NCBI GenBank assembly: GCA_038883795.1 | Contig: JAVZLK010000004.1 | Coordinates: 52,795-116,794 of the forward strand | Reading direction: 5' to 3' | DNA: 64,000 bases | From: Candidatus Bathyarchaeia archaeon | GTDB taxonomy: Archaea; Thermoproteota; Bathyarchaeia; Bathyarchaeales; Bathycorpusculaceae | In this document: positions 9,564 to 20,142 of the stretch, piece after piece | How positions within the stretch are numbered: position 1 is the stretch's first letter | Layout: the number at the start of each line of letters is the position of its first letter | The notes under the pieces: generated by a model | Database searches by the model: none | Seen by the model: only the letters and a program-made list of their open reading frames with translations | What the model was told of the DNA's origin: nothing | Program-made: the position numbers and the translations under genes

Positions 9564-10217
9564 ATGAGTGAAAAAACTGCAAATCCAGCTCCGCTTGGGC
9601 TTTTAGGCTTTGGAATGACAACGATCCTCCTAAACTTTGTCCACAACGCCCGCTTAGGACCAGTTGACGGCATGATTCTTGGAATGGGGATATTCTACGG
9701 CGGTTTAGCCCAAATTATTGCTGGCATATTAGAATATAAGAAGGGCAACACTTTCGGCACAACAGCCTTCACATCCTATGGACTATTCTGGCTATCCTTC
9801 GTAGCCCTAAACTGGCTTGGAACAGCTAACGTGGCAGCGATGGGCGTATGGCCATTCTCTTCTTACGGACCAGCTATACCACAATACACTACGCCTTGGC
9901 TTGTCAGTCAAGAAGCCTTTATGGCTTATTTCTTCATGTGGGGACTTTTCACTTTTATCATGTTTTTCGGCACTCTAAAAACCAATAGGGCATTACAATT
10001 CGTTTTCCTAAGCCTCGCAATCCTATTCTTCCTCCTCGCAGCCAAATCTGCGCTTCTAGCCTACACATCTCTTACATCAGCAGACTTGGAATTGTTTACA
10101 CGCATAATTGGGGTTGAAGGCATAGTCTGCGGATTAAGCGCCTTCTACTTGGGTTTAGCAGAAATCCTAAACGAAGCCCATGGAAGAACAGTATTGCCAA
10201 TATGCCCAGTAAGCTAA
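9564..10217 (+). CDS. satP: Acetate uptake transporter, SatP/GPR1/FUN34/YaaH family
   Basis: [35 protein letters not shown] signatures; directly upstream of acs. Confidence 0.92.
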   Translation: MSEKTANPAPLGLLGFGMTTILLNFVHNARLGPVDGMILGMGIFYGGLAQIIAGILEYKKGNTFGTTAFTSYGLFWLSFVALNWLGTANVAAMGVWPFSSYGPAIPQYTTPWLVSQEAFMAYFFMWGLFTFIMFFGTLKTNRALQFVFLSLAILFFLLAAKSALLAYTSLTSADLELFTRIIGVEGIVCGLSAFYLGLAEILNEAHGRTVLPICPVS

Positions 10218-10330
10218 ACTTTTTTGCCCCTTTTATTTTTGATATAAACCAACAATAATTCCATATTTTCCTAACCTAAACCTATAAATATGGTAAATAA
10301 TTTTTGTAAAGAAAATCCTCAAAAGGTGAA

Positions 10331-12382
10331 ATGAAAATGTCCAAGGAAGGAATAGAAGTCTACAAAGAATTTGAAGCTAACATAATTCCGCCCAGTTGGA
10401 AAGACCGTGTATGGGATAAAAGCGACTTTAAAAAATGGTATGAAAGCACGGTAAACAATAAAAAAGCCATGGAGGAATGGTGGGAAAAGTGGGCGAACGA
10501 AATTTTCTGGTTCAAGAAATGGGACAAAGTGTTGGATGACAGCAACCCCCCATTTTACAGGTGGTTTGTGGGTGGAGAAACAAACCTAGCCTATTTGGAC
10601 ACGGACTGGCAGATTGAACAGGGAAGAAAGAACAAGCTGGCTCTGATTTGGGAAGGTGAACCATGGGATGAAACCCTTGAACAGCCAAAAGAGGTTAGAA
10701 AATTCACATATTATGACCTATACAGAGAATCCAACGTAATCAGCCACGCCCTAAAAGAGAAACTCGGCGTCAAAAAGGGCGAAATAGTGACATTATATTT
10801 GCCCATGATTCCAGAACTACCCTTCTACATGCTTGCCCTCCAAAGACTTGGAGCAAAACACAGCGCGGTCTACAGCGGTTTTAGTGCTGATGCTTTAGCC
10901 ACAAGAGCCATGGATGCAGGTTCAAGAATAATCGTCACTGCTGACGGATTTTATAGAAGAGGGAGAATAATTAGCCTTAAACCAATAGTGGATGAAGCCC
11001 TAAAAATATGCGCACAAAGCGGCGTTAAAATAGAAAAGGTTATAGTGGTTAGAAGGGCTGGCAATGAAATACCTTGGAATACCCAAATAGACGTTTGGCA
11101 TCATGAACTGATAAAGGATGTGCCAAAAAATGTGAAGGTTCCAGCTGAAAGATGCGGCTCAGAAGATTTCTCCTATATCCTCTACACTTCTGGCACAACA
11201 GCCGCACCAAAAGGCGCACAAATTCCTATAGGTGGATATGCAGTCGGATTGTACGCTACTATGAAGTTGATATTTGATGTTAAAGACACTGATATTTACT
11301 GGTGCACAGCCGATATCGGATGGGTAACTGGGCACTCCTACATTGTTTATGGTCCGTTTCTAACTGGTTTGACATCAATAATGTATGAAGGCGCGCCAGA
11401 TTTCCCAGGACCCGATAGGTGGTGGAGCATAATTCACCGTTATGGAGTTACACTCTTCTACACAACGCCGACAGCCATTAGAATGCTTATGAAGTTTCCA
11501 GAAGAACTCGTCAAAAAATATGATCTATCCACAGTTAGGATTTGCCACTCAGTGGGCGAACCCATAAACCCAGAAGCCTTCAAATGGTACTTCAAAAACA
11601 TTGGAAGAGAGGACATAATCGCCTCAAGCACTTGGTGGATGACGGAAACAGGACAAATGTTGACGGGGCATTTTCCAGGGTTAGGAAAAATATTTCCATT
11701 AAAGCCCGGAACAAATGGTTACCCATTCCCAGGCGTCACATTAGAAGTTCTCGATGATGATGGAAATCCATGCCCGCCTGGAGTTAGAGGCTACTTAGCA
11801 ATAACTTCGCCTTGGCCTGCAATGCTTATGACGCTTTATAAAAATCCCCAAAGGTATGTGGATGTTTATTGGTCAAGGTTTAAGGGCAAAACCTACTTCT
11901 ACACTGGAGATTTCGCAATAAAAGACAAGGATGGATATTTGTGGATATTGGGGAGGGCGGACGACGTCCTTAAAGTTGCTGGTCATAGGATTGGAACTGC
12001 TGAAATTGAATCTGCAATGATTAAGCATCCAGCCGTTGCAGAATCAGCATGCATTGGCAAAGCCGACCCAGTTAAAGGCGAAATACCCTTCATATTCACA
12101 GTCCTCAAACATGGCTATTCGCCAAACCCGAAGCTTGCGGATGAGTTAAAAATGCATTTGAGGGCAACCATTGGTCCCCTTGTGGCTTCAGATGCTGTCA
12201 TAGCCTTTGTTGATTCTGTGCCAAAAACAAGAAGCGGCAAAATCATGAGGAGGCTGTTGAAGGCAATTGTTAGTGGAGCAGCCATAGGCGACGTTACAAC
12301 GTTGGAAGATGGGGTGGCTGTGGAAGAAGCAAAAAGGGCTTATGAGAGCGTGAAAGAAGCTTTAGAACGCGGCAAAACCTAA
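10331..12382 (+). CDS. acs: Acetyl-CoA synthetase (AMP-forming)
   Basis: LYTSGTTAAPKG, WCTADIGWVTGHSY, VGEPINP, TWWMTETG, GRADDVLKVAGHRIGTAEIES, PKTRSGKIMRR. Confidence 0.93.
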   Translation: MKMSKEGIEVYKEFEANIIPPSWKDRVWDKSDFKKWYESTVNNKKAMEEWWEKWANEIFWFKKWDKVLDDSNPPFYRWFVGGETNLAYLDTDWQIEQGRKNKLALIWEGEPWDETLEQPKEVRKFTYYDLYRESNVISHALKEKLGVKKGEIVTLYLPMIPELPFYMLALQRLGAKHSAVYSGFSADALATRAMDAGSRIIVTADGFYRRGRIISLKPIVDEALKICAQSGVKIEKVIVVRRAGNEIPWNTQIDVWHHELIKDVPKNVKVPAERCGSEDFSYILYTSGTTAAPKGAQIPIGGYAVGLYATMKLIFDVKDTDIYWCTADIGWVTGHSYIVYGPFLTGLTSIMYEGAPDFPGPDRWWSIIHRYGVTLFYTTPTAIRMLMKFPEELVKKYDLSTVRICHSVGEPINPEAFKWYFKNIGREDIIASSTWWMTETGQMLTGHFPGLGKIFPLKPGTNGYPFPGVTLEVLDDDGNPCPPGVRGYLAITSPWPAMLMTLYKNPQRYVDVYWSRFKGKTYFYTGDFAIKDKDGYLWILGRADDVLKVAGHRIGTAEIESAMIKHPAVAESACIGKADPVKGEIPFIFTVLKHGYSPNPKLADELKMHLRATIGPLVASDAVIAFVDSVPKTRSGKIMRRLLKAIVSGAAIGDVTTLEDGVAVEEAKRAYESVKEALERGKT

Positions 12383-12397
12383 CAACCTATTCTTTTC

Positions 12398-15082
12398 TTA
12401 TGCCAATTCCATTATTGCTTTGGAAGTTTCGCTGTCCACTGGTTCAATTCTAAAACCCTTTTTCGTGCATAAGTGAATCATTTTCGCATTGTCTGAAATT
12501 ACAAAACCATAAATCGCCTTCAACTTCATTTCTTTACCAATCTCAATAATATAATCAATCAATTTAGACCCAAGTCCAAGCCCTTGCCACTGGTCTCCCA
12601 CGACAACGGCGAACTCACCATTCTTTCTGCCGGGCTCAAGAGAAAGCAAAGCAACCCCTATAATTTTTCTTTGGTCTTTTTGTATTTCTGCAACTATGGC
12701 GATTTCACGGTCGTAATCTAAGTTGCAATATCTCGTTAAAGTTTCGTGGGTTACTTCTCTAAAAACTTGGAAAAACCTAAACCTCATGGTTTCTTCTGAA
12801 AGGGAGCAGTACAATTCACGCAGGAGCGCTTCATCTTCTGGTTTTATTGGGCGAAGAATAACCTCTGTTCCATCTTTCAAAGTCCACCGTGTAACATACT
12901 TTGTTGGGTATGGCGCAATAACAAGGTGTTCATGAGAGCGGGGTTCATGCAAAATTTTTTCTGGGTCTATGACTATTCTGGCATCCACAGCCAAGGCAGT
13001 ATTCTCATCAACTATTAGGGGATTTATTTCTATCTCCTTTATCTCAGGAAAGTCTATGACGAGTTGGGAAAACTTTACCAAAATTTCTTCCAAAAGCTTA
13101 ACATTAAAGCGTCCTTCGCCCATTTCCGCAAGTTTGCAAACTTTGGTTCTTTCCATAAGTCTCCTTGCAAGCACCTGATTTAAGGGTGGAAGCCCAATGT
13201 TTACGTCTTGGAATAATTCTGTGGCGGTTCCTCCCATTCCAAACATTATTATGGAGCCAAACTCCTTATCCTTTTTTGAGCCTATTAGCAGTTCGCAAAG
13301 TTTTTTCTGAACCATGGGTTGAATAATGACGCCTTGAAATTCTGCTTCTGGACTGTACTTTTTAACCCTTTCAGCCAGTGTTTCGAAAAAGGCTTTGGCT
13401 TGTTCCGGTGACCAAACGTTTAGGATTACTCCTTCAACCTTTGACTTGTGGGTTATTTGGGGCGAAAGTGCTTTCATAACTATGGGGCATCCGATTTCAG
13501 CGGCTATGGCTTCTGCTTCCTCTGGAGTTTTTGCAACTAGGGTTTTTATTGTTGGGATTTGGTAGGCTTCAAGAAATTGTAAAGACTCATGCTGGTTTAG
13601 GATGGTTCGCCCTTCGTTGTGGGCTTTCCTTAAAACTTCTTTAAGAAACGTTGGAATCGCCAATTCCATTGTAAGCTCTTCTGGAGTCTGATACAGAAGT
13701 TCCAAGTTTTGAGTATAACTATACATATACATGAAGGTTGAAACCGCCTGCTCTGGAGTCGGAAACACGGGGATCCTATTTTTTCGCAGAATTTGTCCAG
13801 CCCTTCGGCATTCCACTTCGCCCATCAATGAGGTGAGAATGGGTTTGTTGGTTTGTTTTGACGATTCCAAAATTATTTTTGCAATGGCTAAGGGTTCGGT
13901 GGCTCCTTGCGGCGTGTAAATTATTAAGAAACCGTCACTATTGAGGTCTTGGAGGCAGATTTCAATAACTTTTCTGAACCGTTCTGGAGTAGCCTCTTCT
14001 AAAATGTCTATGGGATTCATAATGCTGCAGTAAGGAGGCAAGGCCTTCTTTAAAGCATCAATAGTCTCTGCGCTTAAGGAGGTTAGTTTTCCACCTTTGG
14101 CTATTAGAAAATCTGCAGCCATAATTCCGGGACCGCCCGCGTTTGTGATTATGGTTAGGTTTGGACCTTTTGGGTTTGGCTGCATCGCCAATGTTTCTGC
14201 GCAGTTGAATAGGTCGGTTATGGCTTCGACACGGACTATTCCAGCCCTTCTAAAGGCTGCGTCATAAACTGCATCTTCTCCGCAAAGGGCTCCAGTGTGG
14301 GAGACTGCTGCTTCAACGCTTCTTGGAAATCTTCCAGCCTTCACGACAACTATGGGTTTTACCCTTGCGAATCCCCTTGCTGCACTCATGAATTTTCTTG
14401 AGTTTCTGATGGATTCTATGTAAAGCACTATGCTTCTTGTTTGGGGGTCTGTTCCAAAATAGTCGATTAAGTCTCCAAAATCAACATCAATCATCGAACC
14501 CGTGGAAACTACAGCGCTGAATCCGATGTGGGCTTCTGAAGCCCAGTCAACTACTGAAGCGCATAATGCTGCGCTTTGGGATATGAAAGCTATTTTTCCA
14601 GGCATAGCCGCTTTGTTTGCAAAGGTGGCGTTCAACCCTATTTTTGGTCTCATTATTCCAAAACAGTTCGGTCCAAGAATCCGCATGCCATATTTATCCT
14701 TAATTTCAAGAATTTGCCTTTCCAAAGCTTCTCCTTCTTTTCCGGTTTCTCTGAAACCAGCGGAAATAATTATTATTCCTTCAACTCCAGCCTTTCCACA
14801 TTCTTCAACTATTTGTGGGACAACATGGGCTGGTGTTGCTATTATGGCGAGGTCTACATGCCATGGAATTTTTAGGATGCTTGGATAAGCCGTTATACCT
14901 TGAACAGTGATTCTAAAGGGATTAACTGGATAAACTGTTCCAGTAAATCCAACTCCGATTAGGTTTCTAAAAAGTCTGGCGCCAACAGATCCTTCTCTGT
15001 CTGTTGCTCCAATTACTGCTATCCTTTTTGGGTTGAAAATTTTGTCGAGGTTTTCTGTTCCCACTCCCAAGGAATCCTCCAA
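12398..15082 (-). CDS. pat: Pat-type bifunctional NDP-forming acyl-CoA synthetase domain + C-terminal GNAT acetyltransferase
   Basis: CoA-binding domain (LGPNCFG, SQSAAL), SHTGAL, TNAGGPG, ATP-grasp (HKSKVEGV, EIEINPL, DARI), GNAT (LRPIKPED, DYDREIA, QWQGLGLG). Confidence 0.88.
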   Translation of the reverse strand: MEDSLGVGTENLDKIFNPKRIAVIGATDREGSVGARLFRNLIGVGFTGTVYPVNPFRITVQGITAYPSILKIPWHVDLAIIATPAHVVPQIVEECGKAGVEGIIIISAGFRETGKEGEALERQILEIKDKYGMRILGPNCFGIMRPKIGLNATFANKAAMPGKIAFISQSAALCASVVDWASEAHIGFSAVVSTGSMIDVDFGDLIDYFGTDPQTRSIVLYIESIRNSRKFMSAARGFARVKPIVVVKAGRFPRSVEAAVSHTGALCGEDAVYDAAFRRAGIVRVEAITDLFNCAETLAMQPNPKGPNLTIITNAGGPGIMAADFLIAKGGKLTSLSAETIDALKKALPPYCSIMNPIDILEEATPERFRKVIEICLQDLNSDGFLIIYTPQGATEPLAIAKIILESSKQTNKPILTSLMGEVECRRAGQILRKNRIPVFPTPEQAVSTFMYMYSYTQNLELLYQTPEELTMELAIPTFLKEVLRKAHNEGRTILNQHESLQFLEAYQIPTIKTLVAKTPEEAEAIAAEIGCPIVMKALSPQITHKSKVEGVILNVWSPEQAKAFFETLAERVKKYSPEAEFQGVIIQPMVQKKLCELLIGSKKDKEFGSIIMFGMGGTATELFQDVNIGLPPLNQVLARRLMERTKVCKLAEMGEGRFNVKLLEEILVKFSQLVIDFPEIKEIEINPLIVDENTALAVDARIVIDPEKILHEPRSHEHLVIAPYPTKYVTRWTLKDGTEVILRPIKPEDEALLRELYCSLSEETMRFRFFQVFREVTHETLTRYCNLDYDREIAIVAEIQKDQRKIIGVALLSLEPGRKNGEFAVVVGDQWQGLGLGSKLIDYIIEIGKEMKLKAIYGFVISDNAKMIHLCTKKGFRIEPVDSETSKAIMELA

Positions 15083-15172
15083 AATTACCCTAAGTATAGC
15101 ATATACGATTGTGTTTTAAAGTATTTCTAGTGAATATGTCTATCGCTAATCTTTTAAAGTCGAAACTTTGTT

Positions 15173-16495
15173 TTACGGGTAGACTCTTGTGATGGTTCTT
15201 GGGAAAGGAATGGTTTCACGTATATGCTTCAGCTTACAAATCCACATGACGGTTCTTTCAATTCCTAGCCCAAATCCTGAGTGGGGAACTGAACCATATC
15301 TTCTCAAATCCAAATACCACTCATAAGCTTCTCTTGGCAAGCCAAACTCTTCTATCCTCCGCTCTAACAATTTCAAGTCGTGGATTCTTTCGCTTCCACC
15401 AATTATCTCGCCATACCCCTCCGGAGCCATCAAATCCGCGCAGAGCACAACTTCTGGGTTTTCTGGGTCTGGTTGCATGTAGAAGGCTCTGGCTTTTGCT
15501 GGATAGCGATGCACAAAAACTGGTTTTTCAAACTGCAACGATATGAATTTTTCATGGGGTGCTCCTAAATCTTCTCCCCACTCAATATTGTAACCAGCCT
15601 TCTGCAGTCTATCCACCGCTTCCGTATAGCTTATCCTCTCAAAGGGCGGCTCAACCTTTCTCAAAGGCTCCAAATCTCTTTTCAAGAATTCTAATTCTCT
15701 TTTTCTCCTTTCCAGAACCCGCTTGACAATGAAGGTTACCATTTCTTCTTGAAGTTTCAAGTTATCCTCAAAAGTGTAGAAAGCCATTTCAGGCTCAACC
15801 ATCCAAAACTCCGTCAAGTGTCGTGGAGTCTTTGACCTTTCTGCCCGAAAAGTTGGACCAAAACAGTAGACTTTGCCAAAAGCGGCGATGGTGGCTTCAA
15901 CATAAAGTTGTCCGCTTTGAGTTAGAAAGGCTTTATCACCAAAATAGGGTGTTTCAAAAAGTGTGGTTGTTCCCTCAACAGCTGACGGTGTGAGAATTGG
16001 CGAATCTGTTAGGGTAAAACCATTCTCGTCAAGAAAATCTCTGCAAGCCTTTATAATTTCAGCTCTCACCTTTAAAATGGCAACTTGCCTTGGGCTTCTT
16101 ATCCATAGATGCCTAAGGCTTGCTAAAAAGTCGATGCCATGGGATTTCTTACTTAAGGGGTATTCTGGCATTGCCAAATGAACAATTTTCAAATCCTTAA
16201 CTCTCACTTCGTAGCCGCCCGGTGCTCTCTTGTCTTCCTTAACTATGCCTTTAACAATAATTGAGGATTCTTGGGTTAGCTTATCCACGTCCTCGAAGGT
16301 TTGTGGAGCCACGTCTTCCTTGTGGACTGTGGCTTGTATCATTCCGCTTCCGTCTCTAATTATTAGGAATTGGACTCCTCCGCTGGAGCGTCTCGTAACT
16401 ACCCAACCCTTTATTTCAACTTCCTTTTCTGTCAGTTTTCCATCCAAAACTTCGCTAACGCTCATGATTATCATTCTCAACCGCTTATTTCTCAA
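15173..16495 (-). CDS. asnS: Asparagine--tRNA ligase (true start probably a few codons downstream)
   Basis: [65 protein letters not shown]. Confidence 0.93.
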   Translation of the reverse strand: MRNKRLRMIIMSVSEVLDGKLTEKEVEIKGWVVTRRSSGGVQFLIIRDGSGMIQATVHKEDVAPQTFEDVDKLTQESSIIVKGIVKEDKRAPGGYEVRVKDLKIVHLAMPEYPLSKKSHGIDFLASLRHLWIRSPRQVAILKVRAEIIKACRDFLDENGFTLTDSPILTPSAVEGTTTLFETPYFGDKAFLTQSGQLYVEATIAAFGKVYCFGPTFRAERSKTPRHLTEFWMVEPEMAFYTFEDNLKLQEEMVTFIVKRVLERRKRELEFLKRDLEPLRKVEPPFERISYTEAVDRLQKAGYNIEWGEDLGAPHEKFISLQFEKPVFVHRYPAKARAFYMQPDPENPEVVLCADLMAPEGYGEIIGGSERIHDLKLLERRIEEFGLPREAYEWYLDLRRYGSVPHSGFGLGIERTVMWICKLKHIRETIPFPRTITRVYP

Positions 16496-16601
16496 ATTTT
16501 AATGTCAACACTTGTTTTTAAGTATTAAATTTTTGAAATTAAACAGACAATCCTTAAATCGCCCTTCCTCGCCCATAGTATGTATCTGCGAAGGTTATTA
16601 G

Positions 16602-17147
16602 ATGAAAAAGGCTGCGCCGGAAAAGTTTGAGGTTCATTATTTGATGGAGAGTGTAGCCTTCGGATTAACAGACGGCATAATATGTTTTCTCGGCATAATC
16701 GTCGGCGTTGCAAGAGCCACCCTAGACCCAAACCTTGTAATAATAGCGGGCATTGTTGGCGGAGTGGCTGATGCCCTCGGAAACTCTGTAGGCTTCTTCG
16801 TTTCCCAATCAACGGAAAGGGCAGTTCAAATTTATGGGGTTGAGCAAGGAACCGAAGGCAGAGTTCATACTAAAAAGGAGGTTAGAATGAGCGGAGTATT
16901 CTCCTTCATAGCCACCATAATCGCCCTCTTCTTCTTGATTTCGCCATTCAAACTTGTAAACGACATACTCTACGCTACAGTCCTCTCTTTCATAATTGGC
17001 ATCATATTAGCCTTCATTCTGGGCAGTTACGTTGGAAAACTAACAAAAGAAAACCAATTCAAGTGTGGACTAAAATACGCTTTCATAACCATTGCTGGAG
17101 CCCTAATCTCCTACTTCATAGGAGAAGCCCTCCACATAATCATATAA
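16602..17147 (+). CDS. VIT1/CCC1 family membrane transporter
   Basis: VAFGLTDGII motif, about 5 TM helices. Confidence 0.75.
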   Translation: MKKAAPEKFEVHYLMESVAFGLTDGIICFLGIIVGVARATLDPNLVIIAGIVGGVADALGNSVGFFVSQSTERAVQIYGVEQGTEGRVHTKKEVRMSGVFSFIATIIALFFLISPFKLVNDILYATVLSFIIGIILAFILGSYVGKLTKENQFKCGLKYAFITIAGALISYFIGEALHIII

Positions 17148-17164
17148 AAATTAGGCTGAAAGCT

Positions 17165-19003
17165 TCAGCGAAGCTTAATTTCTCTTATAAACCCCAAGTT
17201 TTCCAGGCTGTTCATTTGCACCTTTGCTTCGGACACCGTGTACAATACATTATCAATGTAAAGCGCCCTTGATATATAATAGTAGGCATCATTCTCTTGG
17301 TGAGTAACATTACCCCTTAAAACGAGTCCTTCATCCAAATTTATTTTGAAAACGTAGACACCATACCATGGGAGAAAATTGTATTCTAGATGTGGGTCTT
17401 GGTAATAAATTGTCACTGGAATAGCTAAAAGCTCCTTCGTTTTATTGAAGAGAAACGCCTTATGCTCTGTCAAAGCCAAAGTGTATGACCAATAACCATC
17501 AATTTTATACTCCGTTATGTTCCTTGGAGCTGTAACATTGCTAACGTCATAGACGGAAATTTTCACGTTACTTCCATCCATCCCTAAGCCTATAATGTGA
17601 TTTCCATCGTAGGGATGCAGATAGCTTGTAAAACCTGGAATTTTTAAGTAGCCTAAAACTTTTGGTTCACTAGCATTCTCAACATCTATTACGAAAAATG
17701 GGTCTCTTTGAACTACAGAGGTTGAAAGGTAACAGCGATTTCCTATAAATCTAGCCGAGTTCATGCGCTCATTAAAGGCAAGGGTTATGTTTTCTAATCT
17801 TCCAACAATGCTTAAGTTCATATCTAATATGAACAAGTTGTTTTGGATGTTTCCGTTCACCCATTCACTAGTGGCTATTCTGAAGTAACCATTATGCTCA
17901 TCCATTGAGAATTGGTTAAGCGGATGTCCTAAGACGGAGCCTACGGCTTCTGGAGTGATAGTGCTGTTTTCTATGCGTATTCTATATATGGTTGTGTTTT
18001 GGTAGTTTTCTGGGAATGTTATGTAAACATTGTTTAAAGAAACATACATGCAGCTTGCTCCGCCCAGCATAATTGGCTTGTATGTTGCTTCTTCCGTGGC
18101 GTTTTGCATGTTGAAGGCAACAATTGTTGTGTACAAATAGTACTCATCAGAAGCATTATAATAGTAGATTTCGGTGGCGTCTATTTCTTTGGTTCCTTCC
18201 TTTGTGTAAATTTTCGGAAGAATAACCATGCCATCGATGAGGTAGGCTGGTTCGCTGACAACAAAATAGACGTAGTCGCCTATCATTCTTGAATTGAAGT
18301 AGCTGCCACTTATCGTGAAATTTTTTAGGAAAACCGGGTTCGCTTTGTTTGAAATGTCATATAAGTCTATGAAAGTTTTCATGTTTAGGCAATAATATGC
18401 AAAATACTCATATGGGAACTTTAAAGGAATAAAATACTGGCATCCTAAAACCGCTAATCTATCGCGGCTTACAAAGATTCCCACAAGATAAGTGTCATTA
18501 TAGGTTATTTTCGAAACTAACTCAGCTTCTTCTGGCGGATAAGCCTTTAAAATAGAGACATCGCTTCCTGACACCACATAGATGTATCCTCCATCGGTTT
18601 TTACGATGTCTGCTTCGTCCACCCCAGCAACCTGAACGTTTGTTGTTGAATATTCGACATTTGTGCGCACTTCAAGTCCTAATGGATATATTCCTAAAAT
18701 TTCAAAATCAAAAGGTCCATAGAATATAAATGGGGAACTATTAGATAAGAAACTTTTAAGCTCGTCTAGGGATGAGAATGTCCTTAAGGCTGTGAGCGAT
18801 GGGGTGGGTGAAGGCTCCGTGGGTGGGGTAGGTTCAACGGGTACTGTTGGCTGGGTGGGTTCTTCATATTGTGGATTAACCCCCAGATTATAGCATACTG
18901 AGCTTAATAATATTGCTAGGAGAACAGCGGCAAAACCGTAAACGTATGCACGCTTCTTAATTTCCTTCTGCATCCCAATCGCCATTAAACAAAGCGTTAT
19001 CAT
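17165..19003 (-). CDS. Secreted/membrane-anchored beta-propeller domain protein
   Basis: N-terminal TM, Pro/Thr linker, YSTTNVQVAGVDEADIVKTDG, LNQFSMDE, DPFFVID, LKIPGFTSYLHP. Confidence 0.85.
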   Translation of the reverse strand: MITLCLMAIGMQKEIKKRAYVYGFAAVLLAILLSSVCYNLGVNPQYEEPTQPTVPVEPTPPTEPSPTPSLTALRTFSSLDELKSFLSNSSPFIFYGPFDFEILGIYPLGLEVRTNVEYSTTNVQVAGVDEADIVKTDGGYIYVVSGSDVSILKAYPPEEAELVSKITYNDTYLVGIFVSRDRLAVLGCQYFIPLKFPYEYFAYYCLNMKTFIDLYDISNKANPVFLKNFTISGSYFNSRMIGDYVYFVVSEPAYLIDGMVILPKIYTKEGTKEIDATEIYYYNASDEYYLYTTIVAFNMQNATEEATYKPIMLGGASCMYVSLNNVYITFPENYQNTTIYRIRIENSTITPEAVGSVLGHPLNQFSMDEHNGYFRIATSEWVNGNIQNNLFILDMNLSIVGRLENITLAFNERMNSARFIGNRCYLSTSVVQRDPFFVIDVENASEPKVLGYLKIPGFTSYLHPYDGNHIIGLGMDGSNVKISVYDVSNVTAPRNITEYKIDGYWSYTLALTEHKAFLFNKTKELLAIPVTIYYQDPHLEYNFLPWYGVYVFKINLDEGLVLRGNVTHQENDAYYYISRALYIDNVLYTVSEAKVQMNSLENLGFIREIKLR

Positions 19004-19043
19004 TCTATTTTATTCTAATCTTTAGTACAGCCTAAAGCAGAAA

Positions 19044-19502
19044 CTAGAATGGTTTCAAAGACCATATGCGTATAGCTTCATACCAAAATATTGCCGAAAT
19101 TATGGCTCCAAAGAAGATTATGAAAAGGTTTTCTCTTGTGAAACCTTGCATTAAAAATAGGAGATAAGCCACATAGAAGGTTGTGGAGAAAACCGCGTAA
19201 AAGAAGTATCTTGGAAATAGGATTCTGCCCAACTTTACAAAGTGTCGAAGCACACCGATTTTGACTTCGCCAACCAAAGAGTAGTGTCCACCAATATCAT
19301 GTTTCTGCACCAAGCCTAATTCACGTAATTGTTCAAGGTGGTGCTGTGCTACGCTTGGGCTGCTGAAATGAAGGGCTCTTTGAACTTCGCGAACACTCAT
19401 TGGTCTACCGCTTTTTAATAGAAGCCAATAAACTTTCCAGTCCTTCCCCCTAAGCGCATATTCAAATTTGGCTTCATCCTCCTCACTCAATGGGCGACAC
19501 AC
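19044..19502 (-). CDS. Winged-helix DNA-binding protein with two C-terminal TM helices
   Basis: KVYWLLL...SVREVQRALHFSSPSVAQHHLEQLRELGLV, then PRYFFYAVF and two hydrophobic segments. Confidence 0.75.
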   Translation of the reverse strand: MCRPLSEEDEAKFEYALRGKDWKVYWLLLKSGRPMSVREVQRALHFSSPSVAQHHLEQLRELGLVQKHDIGGHYSLVGEVKIGVLRHFVKLGRILFPRYFFYAVFSTTFYVAYLLFLMQGFTRENLFIIFFGAIISAIFWYEAIRIWSLKPF

Positions 19503-19569
19503 TTCTCTAAATTAAATCCATAACATGTGAGGCTTATAAGTCCAATTTTTAGAACAAAAACCGACCATG

Positions 19570-20142
19570 TTAACTGAAATGCGCAGTAATTTCTTTTTCT
19601 ATCTCCACTACTGGTCTGTTTGCGTTTATAATGTTCCACTCATCAATTAATGCCAAATAAAGAGCTTTACGCCTAATCTTTTCCAATTCTTTCAAGCTTT
19701 CAAACATTTCCCGCCTTTTTCGTCCTTGCTGTATTCTTTTATAAGCCTCCTCTGGTGTAACGTCCAGGAAAAACATGAAATTTGATGTTGGCACAATGGC
19801 TGCGAAGAAGTGGTAGGCTATTCTGTGTAATGGTGATGGCAGATAGGCGGTTCCCATAAGGTAACGGACAAAAATTATGTAGTCAAATTTCCTCCAAGAA
19901 TAAAGCAAAATTGAACGGATAACATCAACCATGTAAAAGAGGGCTGCTGCAAAATGGGCACTTCTACCCCTCAAGTAAAGAAACTGTTTTGCTTTTATTC
20001 CGAAAAAATTGTCGTTTGAAGGGTGAAAACGCAAATAAACCCTTTTTCCACCACTTTTTAGAAAGTTGTAAAGCCTAAAGGCTTGGGTGCTTTTTCCAGA
20101 AGCATCCAAACCGTCTATGGCTACGAAAACCAACCCTTTCAT
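19570..20142 (-). CDS. tmk: Thymidylate kinase-like P-loop kinase
   Basis: IDGLDASGKSTQ, VRY, FFLDVTPEEAYKRI. Confidence 0.7.
   Translation of the reverse strand: MKGLVFVAIDGLDASGKSTQAFRLYNFLKSGGKRVYLRFHPSNDNFFGIKAKQFLYLRGRSAHFAAALFYMVDVIRSILLYSWRKFDYIIFVRYLMGTAYLPSPLHRIAYHFFAAIVPTSNFMFFLDVTPEEAYKRIQQGRKRREMFESLKELEKIRRKALYLALIDEWNIINANRPVVEIEKEITAHFS

Noticed and set aside
18795-18870. Short repeats such as GGGTGGG/GGTTC
   Set aside because: They encode the Pro/Thr linker (EPTQPTVPVEPTPPTEPSPTP) of the beta-propeller protein; not an array.
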